From the NCBI GenBank assembly GCA_964530235.1, contig CAZGYB010000004.1:10668-74667 (forward strand): 64,000 nucleotides of DNA. The letters are read 5' to 3'. A program made the translations under genes and the position numbers. Position 1 is the stretch's first letter. Each line of letters opens with the position of its first letter. The notes beneath the pieces are model-generated. The model saw only the letters and a program-made list of their open reading frames with translations, made no database searches and was not told where the DNA came from. Below, piece by piece: positions 1 to 9,304 of the stretch. The DNA is from an uncultured Gammaproteobacteria bacterium. GTDB taxonomy: Bacteria > Patescibacteriota > Microgenomatia > UBA1406 > GWC2-37-13.

Positions 1-1
1 T

Positions 2-511
2 GAAATTGCGAAAGAATATGAAGAGGCATTCCGGAACGGCGACGATCTTTCAGAATATCCAACACGACTGGCAAAGGCTACAACGAAATGGAAATTTACT
101 CCTGAAAAAGGGAAAGAAAAAGAGCAAAAAAATCCAGCCGATATTTTAACTGCCAAATTTGTTGCTGTTGAGTCACGGCTCAAAAGCAATCTTGAGCAGA
201 GGGTTGGTCAGCTCCAACAGGCGGAAAAAACAGCAGAAGAAGAAAAGCAACGCAAAGAAGCTCAAACAGAGGAAGCACGTCAGCAGGCAGAGGCAAAAAA
301 ACAAATAATTCAAATGATGCGCGATGAAAAAGGAGATCAAACACTGAACCCAACTGACAAAGAAGTAGAGGAATACTGGGTAAAACTTGTCGAAAAAACT
401 CGGGAAGAAGAACGGAAAAGAACTCAAGGGTCAGCAGTCGCTGCAACGCAGGTGAGTACCGAGGGAGGCGATGATTCGGATGGTAACGATAGCGATGGAG
501 ATGGGGAGTAG
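2..511 (+). CDS. 3' part of a CDS entering from upstream; charged coiled-coil-like protein with an acidic D/G/S tail
   Basis: Frame 2 is open from base 2 to the stop at 509-511 (EIAKEYEEAFRNG...AEEEKQRKEAQTEEARQQAEAKK...GGDDSDGNDSDGDGE). The ORF track lists only the part after the internal Met at 314. Confidence 0.4.
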   Translation, partial: EIAKEYEEAFRNGDDLSEYPTRLAKATTKWKFTPEKGKEKEQKNPADILTAKFVAVESRLKSNLEQRVGQLQQAEKTAEEEKQRKEAQTEEARQQAEAKKQIIQMMRDEKGDQTLNPTDKEVEEYWVKLVEKTREEERKRTQGSAVAATQVSTEGGDDSDGNDSDGDGE

Positions 512-1013
512 GTTGACAAATGTTAACAGTTTCAGTAATCTTAAATATATGACAGACCAATCACATATTTCACCGACCAGTTTTAAAAATCAGCTTGCAT
601 TGCTCACCTTTGTTGATACGTTGATCAAAGACCGGAAAGATCCGGGAACAACCGCATCAAACGTCGAAGAAGTAAAAAAGGCACTTCTTATGGAACTGAA
701 CGAATATATCAATACCCATTTGGTTTCATTATTGGATGATTCCGCCCAGAAAGAACTTGAAGTATTGCTTGATCGCAACGAGACGGATGAGGCGCTTGAG
801 TCCTTTTTCAAGAAAAAGATTCCTGATATGGAAGTTGAAGTTGCTTCTGCGATGATGGAGTTTCGTGCAGCATACCTTTACAAACCGGAAGAAACCTCAT
901 TTGCAGATACAGCAGATAAAATTGCATCAGAAATTCCGGAAATAAAACAAGAACCTTCAAAAGATTTTGGCGGTTTGACAAATCCTCCTCCCCCTGCACC
1001 GATCGCGAAGTAA
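471..1013 (+). CDS. small cytoplasmic protein, DUF5663-like (true start probably the Met at 549, MTDQSHIS)
   Basis: The ORF carries LVSLLDDSAQKELEVLL...ETDEALESFFKKKIPDMEVEVASAMMEFRAAYL, which resembles the DUF5663 family as I recall it. The first 26 codons overlap the upstream CDS. Confidence 0.4.
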   Translation: MIRMVTIAMEMGSRLTNVNSFSNLKYMTDQSHISPTSFKNQLALLTFVDTLIKDRKDPGTTASNVEEVKKALLMELNEYINTHLVSLLDDSAQKELEVLLDRNETDEALESFFKKKIPDMEVEVASAMMEFRAAYLYKPEETSFADTADKIASEIPEIKQEPSKDFGGLTNPPPPAPIAK

Positions 1014-1032
1014 AGAAAAATAAGAACTTATT

Positions 1033-3054
1033 TTATGGGGCACCTTGTATTTTAGCTTGAATCGCTTGCCTTTTTGTTTGGTCGGTAATTAATACAAATT
1101 GGTTATTAGTAAGTTCGTATAACTCAGTTCCAATAATGAAACAAAGTGCATTATTAATTACCGGGCCCATATCTGCTTGGATTAGATGTTTTGTGCCATT
1201 TATCGCAACAAAAGTGATACTATCAGCTTCAGGATGGGTTTTTCTTAGGTGCTGTTTTCCATCCGAATGGGTGTATATTTCGGCAAATACGTTACCACCG
1301 TTTAAGGTAATTGGCGATGCGCCATTAACATGACCTGGTTTTTCAGGATCAGCAGCTTTTGGTTCAGTTATGATAGATTGACTTTCACTTGTCATTCGGG
1401 CTTGTTTTGCTACATCTGTTTCATTTGAAGCTAGTGGTGGATTTCCAGGTTTTTGAGGTGTTGCCGGTATATTGATTTTTATTAACGTTCCGTCACTGCC
1501 AATAGAAAACATATCACTACCGATTCTCAATTGACTCCCTGTTAATATGACTATGCCAGCATTCGATTGTACAGGAAATTCTCTTCCGGTGGGATCCACT
1601 AAGGTAATTTCAGGGGTATTTAAAGCAAGAGTTCTTACGCGTATTTCTCCTGGTCTATTTTGGTATTCTATGAGTTGCGCAGGGATTCTTTGTCCTTCAA
1701 TTGATAAAATTGGTCCATTATTATAATATGATCGATTGTCTTTGGAGAGAGGTGGAATAGAGTCATTATTTGTTGTTCCTCTAAGCATTTTGTTGAAGTA
1801 TTCGTCGGGAGGGAAGAGTGTGTTTGAATAATCAGGTTCGGATTCACGTCTAAACGGATTGTGAATTCTCGAAAGCTGTTCTCTCAACCCTCTATGACTC
1901 GTTTGAGCTGGTGGTGGTCCAGGAGGTGCAGTAGTGGGCTGTGCAGTTTGAGCAGCTTTCTGTGCAGCTTTTTCCGCTTGTTCGGCAGCTTTTCTATCTT
2001 TTTCAGCTTGTATTCGTTTTTGCTGATCTTCTCGACTTTCAGCTTTCATTTGACTTACGGTCCAGTTTGGTGAGCCGGTTCCTCCGAATGGATTATCTGG
2101 AGGAGGGGGTTGAGTTGGTGGTGAGTTTAGTCGCTGTCTTTTCATTTCTTTGGTTTCTCCAATCATTTGTTCTGCATGCCAGCCCTTTGGAGCTTGGGGA
2201 GGGGGTTGAGTGGGGGGTGGGGTTGTGGGAGGTGTTGTTGTTGGTGGCCCTTGTGTCGGTGAAGGCGCTGGTTGTGTCGGTTCCGGTATTGTGGGGTCTG
2301 CAACCGTTGGTTCAACCCGCTGTGCTTTTGCTTTGTGCTTCAGCAGGAAGTCAATACAGTCTTTTGACCGCTGTTCCATACCGGATTCTGCAACAAAAGG
2401 AGCTGACTGAGCAACATATTCAGACGAGTCTGCAGCCCGCCTGACCTTTTCATACATTCGCTGGGTAAAAATATCTGCACTGAATTCCTGTCCGAACATA
2501 TTTGCAAGCCAGCGGATTGCGGGTAGGTTTGCTTCAAATGCTGCGCGGTCAAATTGGTTATTGGAGCTAAAAACACTAAAAACTTTTTGTTCAAACTGTG
2601 CATAGTCTGACTTTCCGTTGCAGTATTGATTGTATATTTCCAGAGCATTTGCTTCGGTACATGAGGCAACATTGAGTCCAAACTTCTGAAAAAACTCCGC
2701 AAACTGTTTTCCCTGTTCTGTTTTGGTAAAAAAATCAGAGTTTGATTGTACTGCCCTAACAACATCAGCACACCATTTGCCAACTGCAGTATTTAACTGT
2801 TCCTTTGCAACCTGAGGCCGTTCAGATAGGGAAGCTCCTGCAATGAGCTGATCAACTTCTTTAAAATGGACCTGTTTATCCTTGGAAAGAGCATCTGGAG
2901 TCAATGTGGCTGGTGTTCGGTAATCAAGAAGACCGGGATCTGTTCCGGCAAGAGCAAGTCTGGCCTGCAGACCATGAAGGGGTGGGTAGGAGAGTGTTCG
3001 CTCCGGAGAGGTTAGTGTTTCAGTGTGTACTGGTGCGGGTTGAGGTTCGGACAT
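1033..3054 (-). CDS. large hypothetical protein: shared N-terminal module, Pro/Thr-rich linker, beta-rich C-terminal region
   Basis: 673-aa ORF whose first 247 aa are identical to its neighbour 3128..5914. These are followed by PTQPAPSPTQGPPTTTPPTTPPPTQPPPQ low complexity and a KAAEQAEKAAQKAAQ segment. No signal peptide or catalytic motif was recognised. Confidence 0.6.
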   Translation of the reverse strand: MSEPQPAPVHTETLTSPERTLSYPPLHGLQARLALAGTDPGLLDYRTPATLTPDALSKDKQVHFKEVDQLIAGASLSERPQVAKEQLNTAVGKWCADVVRAVQSNSDFFTKTEQGKQFAEFFQKFGLNVASCTEANALEIYNQYCNGKSDYAQFEQKVFSVFSSNNQFDRAAFEANLPAIRWLANMFGQEFSADIFTQRMYEKVRRAADSSEYVAQSAPFVAESGMEQRSKDCIDFLLKHKAKAQRVEPTVADPTIPEPTQPAPSPTQGPPTTTPPTTPPPTQPPPQAPKGWHAEQMIGETKEMKRQRLNSPPTQPPPPDNPFGGTGSPNWTVSQMKAESREDQQKRIQAEKDRKAAEQAEKAAQKAAQTAQPTTAPPGPPPAQTSHRGLREQLSRIHNPFRRESEPDYSNTLFPPDEYFNKMLRGTTNNDSIPPLSKDNRSYYNNGPILSIEGQRIPAQLIEYQNRPGEIRVRTLALNTPEITLVDPTGREFPVQSNAGIVILTGSQLRIGSDMFSIGSDGTLIKINIPATPQKPGNPPLASNETDVAKQARMTSESQSIITEPKAADPEKPGHVNGASPITLNGGNVFAEIYTHSDGKQHLRKTHPEADSITFVAINGTKHLIQADMGPVINNALCFIIGTELYELTNNQFVLITDQTKRQAIQAKIQGAP

Positions 3055-3055
3055 A
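2306..3055. repeat. copy A of a 750-bp perfect direct repeat (5' coding module)
   Basis: Line-by-line comparison with 5166..5915 (offset 2860) shows no mismatch. Identity ends one base beyond the ATG on one side and at codon ~248 on the other. Confidence 0.95.
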
Positions 3056-3127
3056 GTAGATATTTAGATTATATATGAGTAAATCGAAAAAATGCAATGG
3101 AAACAACATTCTAAGAGAAAGCAACAA

Positions 3128-5914
3128 TTAAATTTTTAACAGTTCTTTAACTTTCTCTCTTAAACCTCCTGAGCGTGGAATTGAACTCAACCCTTTTTTG
3201 TTATGAGAAATTTCTGTAATGATACTTTTTAATTGTTCTGCGGTAAAAAATTCCTGGAATCCGCATAAACCTTGTAGTGAATCAAGTGTTTGGAACAATT
3301 CATCGAGTGTCTTTACTTGTGCAAACGGTAAAACTTCTATTTGATTGTCTTCAAGTAAGCGATCTATCGGAATACGTTTTTCACGTAGCTGTGCAGCATT
3401 AACGACGATTGCTTGGTTCTCATCACTGTTAAATCCGACAATCTGCCAATTATCTTCAACTCGGCCGTCTGTACGAGTAACATTAACAAACCTCCCTCGC
3501 CTAAGTTCAAACGTGCGACCGGTTTCATTTGCTTTTCCGGTAAGAACTACATCACGATCATAACGAGACATAAAGGTAGGTGTTACCGGAATATTCATCT
3601 TTTGCATGTATGCAGCAACATCAATTTCATGATCTTGAAATCCGGCAAGCGGATTGTTATGGAGGAATTGTAATGCATGCAGCCATTCTTCCATAGCAAC
3701 TAATGCGATTTCCTGTCTTAGCTCAGAGGGTATATTTCCTTCAGCTCCACCGATAGTAATGCTTTTCTGATCATGACTAAACCTTGACCATGATGCAATA
3801 ACGTCAGCTTTATCGGCAATTTCATCAGGACTTATTGGTTCGTTAATAAAATAAGAACGACCCGAAGCGATATAGTAGCCGTATTTTTTTGCTTCATTAT
3901 GTGCCTGAGTAAAATATCTGATAGCCTCTTCATATTTTTTTTCTAAAATCAGTTTGCCCCCTTTATTAATAAATTCTTGTAGTTGTATTGCTTCAGGGGA
4001 AAGGGGAACGAAGCTTTCAGGTTTCGCCGGTTGGGTAATAATACGTATTGCAGATACAACATCAGGAATACTGATTTCATCTAAATGTTGAGTCTGACTA
4101 ATTTTAATTTGTTCTGCTGGGGTTGGTTCAAGCAGGAATTTCCCGTTTCTTTTCACAACAACCCTGTCTTCATATTGGATAAGTCCTGGACAGTTCAGTT
4201 TTCTGATTACTTTAAATTTCTTTCCATCGGGGTATGAATTCAGTTTAGTAACATCGGGTTTTTCTGTTTTTTTCCAGACTACACGAGAATTAGCAGTACG
4301 TAATCTTTCGAGACGTTTCGCGTGGTTAACTCCGCTTTTATCGTCGTAGGGAACAATGCCAAGTGCATCGTCTATTTCTTGTCTTCCTGCAGCGTCGTAG
4401 GATTGTACTGAATACATTTCAGAAAACGATAGAGTGTCGTCGATAAAACACCGATATGAGGAAAGAAAGTTTGCTCTGTTTGCAGCACGGTGTTGAGGTT
4501 CAAGGGTAAATAGTTCTGGTTGCTGCTCTCTTGTAGTTTTATACGTTTTGAGAATAGTGTCAAGAACTTTTTCACGATCGGCCTGCTGGGATTTCGTAAC
4601 GTATACAACAAGAGAGTTCATCTCAACTGTAGGGTTTCCTGTTTCTTCTGTTACCAGTGCGACCTGTATATCTGATAGAACGCCTTGGTCAGCCAGATTT
4701 GTTAAAAAAGCGTAAAAAGCGTCAGTAGCTTTTCGGGGGTCTAAACTGATATAAATGCGGGTAAGTTTATCTTCGTACGGCGTCATTTTCGGTTCACGCT
4801 GTCCTATTATGTTGAGTTTGTAGTTGGGTCTATCTTCGACAAATACAGCATTGTCTTTTTTATCGGTTATTGAAAGGACTTTTTTCCCATTTACTTCAAC
4901 TTCAGAAACGGTTGCCTGAGGAAAACAACGTTGGGCTTCCTGAGTATTTGCTCTCTGAAGTTGATGGGTGATCGCACTCATATTCTCAGGTGTTTGAGGA
5001 ATGGTGCTGTCTGCTCCGTTAAACGACGGAAGCATTTGTTCATATATTTTTCCATATGAGGCATTACGCCATATTTCACGAACTTCAGTCCACGATTGTG
5101 CATCTACAATTTTTTGAAGCTCGTGTGGAAACGGATGAAGAACGGTTGATTTTTTATCAGGCGTTGTTGGTTCAACCCGCTGTGCTTTTGCTTTGTGCTT
5201 CAGCAGGAAGTCAATACAGTCTTTTGACCGCTGTTCCATACCGGATTCTGCAACAAAAGGAGCTGACTGAGCAACATATTCAGACGAGTCTGCAGCCCGC
5301 CTGACCTTTTCATACATTCGCTGGGTAAAAATATCTGCACTGAATTCCTGTCCGAACATATTTGCAAGCCAGCGGATTGCGGGTAGGTTTGCTTCAAATG
5401 CTGCGCGGTCAAATTGGTTATTGGAGCTAAAAACACTAAAAACTTTTTGTTCAAACTGTGCATAGTCTGACTTTCCGTTGCAGTATTGATTGTATATTTC
5501 CAGAGCATTTGCTTCGGTACATGAGGCAACATTGAGTCCAAACTTCTGAAAAAACTCCGCAAACTGTTTTCCCTGTTCTGTTTTGGTAAAAAAATCAGAG
5601 TTTGATTGTACTGCCCTAACAACATCAGCACACCATTTGCCAACTGCAGTATTTAACTGTTCCTTTGCAACCTGAGGCCGTTCAGATAGGGAAGCTCCTG
5701 CAATGAGCTGATCAACTTCTTTAAAATGGACCTGTTTATCCTTGGAAAGAGCATCTGGAGTCAATGTGGCTGGTGTTCGGTAATCAAGAAGACCGGGATC
5801 TGTTCCGGCAAGAGCAAGTCTGGCCTGCAGACCATGAAGGGGTGGGTAGGAGAGTGTTCGCTCCGGAGAGGTTAGTGTTTCAGTGTGTACTGGTGCGGGT
5901 TGAGGTTCGGACAT
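3128..5914 (-). CDS. large hypothetical protein: same N-terminal module, unrelated ~680-aa C-terminal part
   Basis: 928-aa uninterrupted ORF. The N-terminal 247 aa are identical to 1033..3054. The C-terminal part has no family I can recognise by eye. Confidence 0.65.
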   Translation of the reverse strand: MSEPQPAPVHTETLTSPERTLSYPPLHGLQARLALAGTDPGLLDYRTPATLTPDALSKDKQVHFKEVDQLIAGASLSERPQVAKEQLNTAVGKWCADVVRAVQSNSDFFTKTEQGKQFAEFFQKFGLNVASCTEANALEIYNQYCNGKSDYAQFEQKVFSVFSSNNQFDRAAFEANLPAIRWLANMFGQEFSADIFTQRMYEKVRRAADSSEYVAQSAPFVAESGMEQRSKDCIDFLLKHKAKAQRVEPTTPDKKSTVLHPFPHELQKIVDAQSWTEVREIWRNASYGKIYEQMLPSFNGADSTIPQTPENMSAITHQLQRANTQEAQRCFPQATVSEVEVNGKKVLSITDKKDNAVFVEDRPNYKLNIIGQREPKMTPYEDKLTRIYISLDPRKATDAFYAFLTNLADQGVLSDIQVALVTEETGNPTVEMNSLVVYVTKSQQADREKVLDTILKTYKTTREQQPELFTLEPQHRAANRANFLSSYRCFIDDTLSFSEMYSVQSYDAAGRQEIDDALGIVPYDDKSGVNHAKRLERLRTANSRVVWKKTEKPDVTKLNSYPDGKKFKVIRKLNCPGLIQYEDRVVVKRNGKFLLEPTPAEQIKISQTQHLDEISIPDVVSAIRIITQPAKPESFVPLSPEAIQLQEFINKGGKLILEKKYEEAIRYFTQAHNEAKKYGYYIASGRSYFINEPISPDEIADKADVIASWSRFSHDQKSITIGGAEGNIPSELRQEIALVAMEEWLHALQFLHNNPLAGFQDHEIDVAAYMQKMNIPVTPTFMSRYDRDVVLTGKANETGRTFELRRGRFVNVTRTDGRVEDNWQIVGFNSDENQAIVVNAAQLREKRIPIDRLLEDNQIEVLPFAQVKTLDELFQTLDSLQGLCGFQEFFTAEQLKSIITEISHNKKGLSSIPRSGGLREKVKELLKI

Positions 5915-5915
5915 A
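5166..5915. repeat. copy B of the 750-bp perfect direct repeat
   Basis: Identical to 2306..3055. Confidence 0.95.
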
Positions 5916-5959
5916 ATTAAAAATATATGCGTTACTGAGGATAAAAAGCAATAGTATTT

Positions 5960-7144
5960 TTAACCCCCAATTTTAAACTCTACCACATCCCCGTCCTTCA
6001 TCACATAATCCCGTCCTGCGCTTACCACTTTTCCGAGTTCACGAGCCTTTGCCCATCCATCGCAGTTTACAAAATCTTCATAGGAGATAATATCAGCTTT
6101 AATGAATTTTTTCTCAAAATCTGTGTGGATTGTTCCGGCAGCTTGTGGCGAAAGAGTGCCTTTTTGTATAGTCCAGGCGCGTGCTTCTAGTGTTCCTGCG
6201 GTGAGAAACGAAATAAGTCCGAGAATTTCGTACGATTTTTTAATGAGTCGGTTGAGTCCGGTATCTTCAAGTTTATATTGATTCAAATACTCTTTTTGTT
6301 CGGGAGGGGAGAGTGCGAGAATATCATTTTCAAGTTTGGCGTTTAAATAAATGAAGTTATAATCGGTTGAAGTCGGCTGAGACGCACCTTCGTTAAAACT
6401 TCGTTGGGCAAGTCGGTTGGAATCGGTCCGATTAAAACTGGTTTCAACTGATTTTAACTTATCAAAGACTGATTGAATCTGTTTTTCCGTTTCGTTCTTT
6501 TTTTCAAGTTGTTCTTCGGAAACATTAAAGGCATAAATTACCGGTTTTATGGTGAGTAGATTCAGTTGTTTTACCATTATCTTTTGCTCGTCAGTTAAGA
6601 TGATATTTCGCGCCGGAATTCCTTTGTTTAACTGTTCCTCGAGTAAGGTAAGAAGTGTGGTAAGCTCGGTTTGACTTTTCACTTGTATTTTTGACTTTTC
6701 ACTTTTGCCTTTTGATTTTCCAATGGTTTCAAGATCTGCGAGAATAAGTTCGGCTTCAATTGTCTCTATATCACTTTTCGGATCAACCCGATTTGAAACA
6801 TGAATGACATTGCCGTCCTCAAAGAGCCGTACGACATGGACAATCGCGGAAACTTCACGGATATGGGACAGAAATTTATTTCCGAGACCTTCACCGACGG
6901 ATGCGCCTTTTACGATTCCTGCAATGTCATAAAATTCAACTACCGCGGGAACAATTTTTTCCGTTTTTACGATTTTGGCGAGCGCAGGAAGCCGTTCATC
7001 CGGCACTTCAACGATTCCGACATTCGGCTCGATCGTACAAAACGGATAATTCGCTGCGTCCGCAATCTGTTTTTTCAAAAGTGCGTTAAAAAGGGTTGAT
7101 TTGCCAACGTTTGGCAACCCTACAATGCCGATACTCAATTTCAT
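5960..7144 (-). CDS. ychF: redox-regulated/ribosome-binding ATPase YchF
   Basis: P-loop [34 protein letters not shown], and a C-terminal ...[37 protein letters not shown]... segment typical of YchF/OLA1. At 394 aa it includes a ~31-aa insert (see the repeat at 6361..6453). Confidence 0.9.
   Translation of the reverse strand: MKLSIGIVGLPNVGKSTLFNALLKKQIADAANYPFCTIEPNVGIVEVPDERLPALAKIVKTEKIVPAVVEFYDIAGIVKGASVGEGLGNKFLSHIREVSAIVHVVRLFEDGNVIHVSNRVDPKSDIETIEAELILADLETIGKSKGKSEKSKIQVKSQTELTTLLTLLEEQLNKGIPARNIILTDEQKIMVKQLNLLTIKPVIYAFNVSEEQLEKKNETEKQIQSVFDKLKSVETSFNRTDSNRLAQRSFNEGASQPTSTDYNFIYLNAKLENDILALSPPEQKEYLNQYKLEDTGLNRLIKKSYEILGLISFLTAGTLEARAWTIQKGTLSPQAAGTIHTDFEKKFIKADIISYEDFVNCDGWAKARELGKVVSAGRDYVMKDGDVVEFKIGG
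6361..6453. repeat. 93-nt palindromic in-frame insert within ychF
   Basis: The arms AATCGGTTGAA (6361-6371) and TTCAACTGATT (6443-6453, reverse complement AATCAGTTGAA) match 10/11. Inside are repeats of AAGTCGG and CTTCGTT and the palindrome AATCGGTCCGATT. The insert encodes ...[31 protein letters not shown]..., which I do not recall in other YchF proteins. Confidence 0.55.
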
Positions 7145-8714
7145 ACTTGATATTTTCCTGGCTAAAATCTGTGTCAGTTGTTATTGGTAGTCTTCCAGAC
7201 ATGGTAGCTGTAGTACCGTCGGTGACTACTCGTATTGACAGTTTTTGAATAATATGACGACGTTTTTCAAAAACTCGCTTATCCAGGATAGTGTTCATTT
7301 TATCACACACAGCCTTGAAATCGGGTGCAACAAAGAGTGTTGGTTCGTTCTTGTCTGTCTGAGTGCTAAATTTGCTCATGTAGGCTTGTTTTTTGAGTTT
7401 TATTGCATGACTTTGCTCTTTGTATTGGTCAAGGGTAATGACTCCACTTCCGTACGCTTGAAGATATCTTTTTTCCTGTTCGGTAAGGGACTCCATTTCA
7501 GATTGGTATAGTTTTTCTATTTCTGAAGGGTTTGTCTTAACAACACTTTTTTCTGATTTCCATCTTTCATAATATTTTTTTATTCGTTTTGGGTCTGAGA
7601 GGAGTGTAGAAAGTTTGCTCCAAGCGATTGCATCAAGTGTTGGAGCATTTACACCTTTATTATGGCATTGTTTTGGGAGAGGGAAGCGGTGGATTCTATC
7701 CGTACATCGGTAATAAAGATTTTGAGTACCTTTAATTCCTTCACCAGCTCGTGTGTGACCACATGTACAGCTGATAACATTTGATAAAAGATATTGGTTC
7801 TTTTTATTTCGCATCGCAAAAGTGTTATTGATTGCCAGTTGCTTTTGCACTCGGGCGAATAGATCCTTATCAACAATGGCTGGCACAGCAATTGCCTTCC
7901 ATTCGCTACGCTCTTTCCATGTTCGGCTACTTTTTTTGATCCGTTTATATTTATTGGTCGTTTGGGGAGTTTTGGGCTGCACTGACAATGTTTTGTTGTA
8001 ATAAGTAACACCAATATATGTCTGATCTCTGAGCCTTTTTGACAACGTACTTGTAGACCAGTATCCCTTTTTGCTTTTTCGTGGAGAGATACCCATCTCG
8101 TAAAGTCGTTTGATAACTTGTCTGACTGTCATTTCATCATATCCAACCCATGAAAAAATCATCTTTATGACTTTTGACTCGTTCTCATCGATTTCAAAAC
8201 GACCAGGATTGTTGTCGTTTTTCTTGACATACTTATAGCCATATGGGGCTTCCCAACCGAATAAAATACCGTTTCCCGATTTGTGGAGTTTACCTCTTCT
8301 GAACCTTTCAGCAATTTTAAGACGTTCATAGTCATGAAATAAACCCATTACGTTTTGAGCAAACAGATCTTCCGGTTTATCTCCATTTACATCGTGTAAC
8401 GAAATAATACGTATTTTTGCTTCTGCCAGTTCTTTCTTAAGCATTAACTGATTGAGAAAGTCACGCGAAAGGCGTCCAAGATCATATAAATAGAGCGTAT
8501 CAAAGGCTTTTAGTTTTACTGCGTCACGAAGCTTATCTAAGCCCGGGCGGGCGAGTAGGGAGCCGCTCCAGCCATCGTCGATGAATTTTAAATCAGAACC
8601 AATTATATTCCCGTCTTGCTTTGCCCGCTCTTCGATTTCGGCGATTTGAGAATTTATTGTTTGTTCTTTCTCTTGTCCTGCTGTGGAAACTCGAGCATAA
8701 AGTGCTGCTATCAT
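7086..8714 (-). CDS. large serine recombinase (integrase)
   Basis: Architecture of a large serine recombinase. There is an N-terminal resolvase domain (ALYARVSTAGQ catalytic Ser, DDGWSG, YLYDLGRLSRD) and a recombinase domain (EAPYGYKY). A Cys-rich zinc ribbon (CTCGH...YYRC...QC) and a coiled-coil C-terminus follow. Confidence 0.9.
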   Translation of the reverse strand: MIAALYARVSTAGQEKEQTINSQIAEIEERAKQDGNIIGSDLKFIDDGWSGSLLARPGLDKLRDAVKLKAFDTLYLYDLGRLSRDFLNQLMLKKELAEAKIRIISLHDVNGDKPEDLFAQNVMGLFHDYERLKIAERFRRGKLHKSGNGILFGWEAPYGYKYVKKNDNNPGRFEIDENESKVIKMIFSWVGYDEMTVRQVIKRLYEMGISPRKSKKGYWSTSTLSKRLRDQTYIGVTYYNKTLSVQPKTPQTTNKYKRIKKSSRTWKERSEWKAIAVPAIVDKDLFARVQKQLAINNTFAMRNKKNQYLLSNVISCTCGHTRAGEGIKGTQNLYYRCTDRIHRFPLPKQCHNKGVNAPTLDAIAWSKLSTLLSDPKRIKKYYERWKSEKSVVKTNPSEIEKLYQSEMESLTEQEKRYLQAYGSGVITLDQYKEQSHAIKLKKQAYMSKFSTQTDKNEPTLFVAPDFKAVCDKMNTILDKRVFEKRRHIIQKLSIRVVTDGTTATMSGRLPITTDTDFSQENIKYEIEYRHCRVAKRWQINPF

Positions 8715-8832
8715 ATTTTTTGATTGTACATCTTTTGAAAAGATAAATATTAAAAAATAAACACATAGTACATGTAACTCGATAGTACCGTTACGCTATA
8801 GTAACTGTAACTATATAGTTACTTGTTAATAA

Positions 8833-9210
8833 TCAGAGAGGGATATCGTGTGGATCAATAATCTCATCTGCCTTTTCTGATCTGGTCCTGGCGAGACAGT
8901 AAGCATCGTAAATTCTCGCCTCCAATGCAGACCAAGTATCTGGATTCTCAAGATAAACCAGTTGGATGTATCGACCATGCATTTTTCTTGAGGGGGGAGT
9001 GATATTGACAGACTCTTGAAGTCGCTTATTCATATTGTTGCTTTTCCAGATCTGATAGCCCTTTATGTTTATCAATCCAAAATCAACTGTCTTGATAAGC
9101 ACGTCTGCATTTGCTAATAACGAACCCTCATTTTTTATGGAGATGGAAATAGTAAGATTTTCTTCGTTTATAATGGCACTGAATCTGGTTTTTTTCATAT
9201 TTATTTTCAT
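8833..9210 (-). CDS. small protein, possibly SpoVG-like
   Basis: 125-aa ORF. The pattern LANADVLIKTVDFGLINIKGYQIW...ITPPSRKMHGRYIQLVYLENPDTWSALEARIYDAY loosely parallels the SpoVG beta-rich core (AxAxV...V.V.....PS+K...). Confidence 0.3.
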   Translation of the reverse strand: MKINMKKTRFSAIINEENLTISISIKNEGSLLANADVLIKTVDFGLINIKGYQIWKSNNMNKRLQESVNITPPSRKMHGRYIQLVYLENPDTWSALEARIYDAYCLARTRSEKADEIIDPHDIPL

Positions 9211-9304
9211 AAATGGTAACTTCGGTCCTCATTACCTTTTCATGAGTCTTCTTGGTCACTCATAGCCCGTTTAGACCCAACAGACATGGGTTTCAACAAC
9301 TCCA

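Noticed and set aside
173-1000. Minus-strand ORFs 173..427, 180..560, 590..811 and 808..999.
   Set aside because: They are antisense to clearly coding plus-strand frames (the coiled-coil CDS and the DUF5663-like CDS). Their composition is Phe/Leu/Ser-rich, typical of antisense reading of a Lys/Glu-rich gene.
2306-3055. The 750-bp perfect repeat as an insertion sequence or transposon end.
   Set aside because: It encodes no transposase and has no terminal inverted repeats. It coincides exactly with the 5' coding module of two full-length ORFs, so a duplicated or gene-converted coding module is the better reading. Assembly artefact remains possible.
6650-6730. Direct repeat TGACTTTTCACTT x2 in ychF as another inserted element.
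   Set aside because: It encodes the K/S/E-rich start of the YchF helical domain ([16 protein letters not shown]). This corresponds in position to the charged coiled-coil region present in other YchF proteins, so no extra length needs explaining there.
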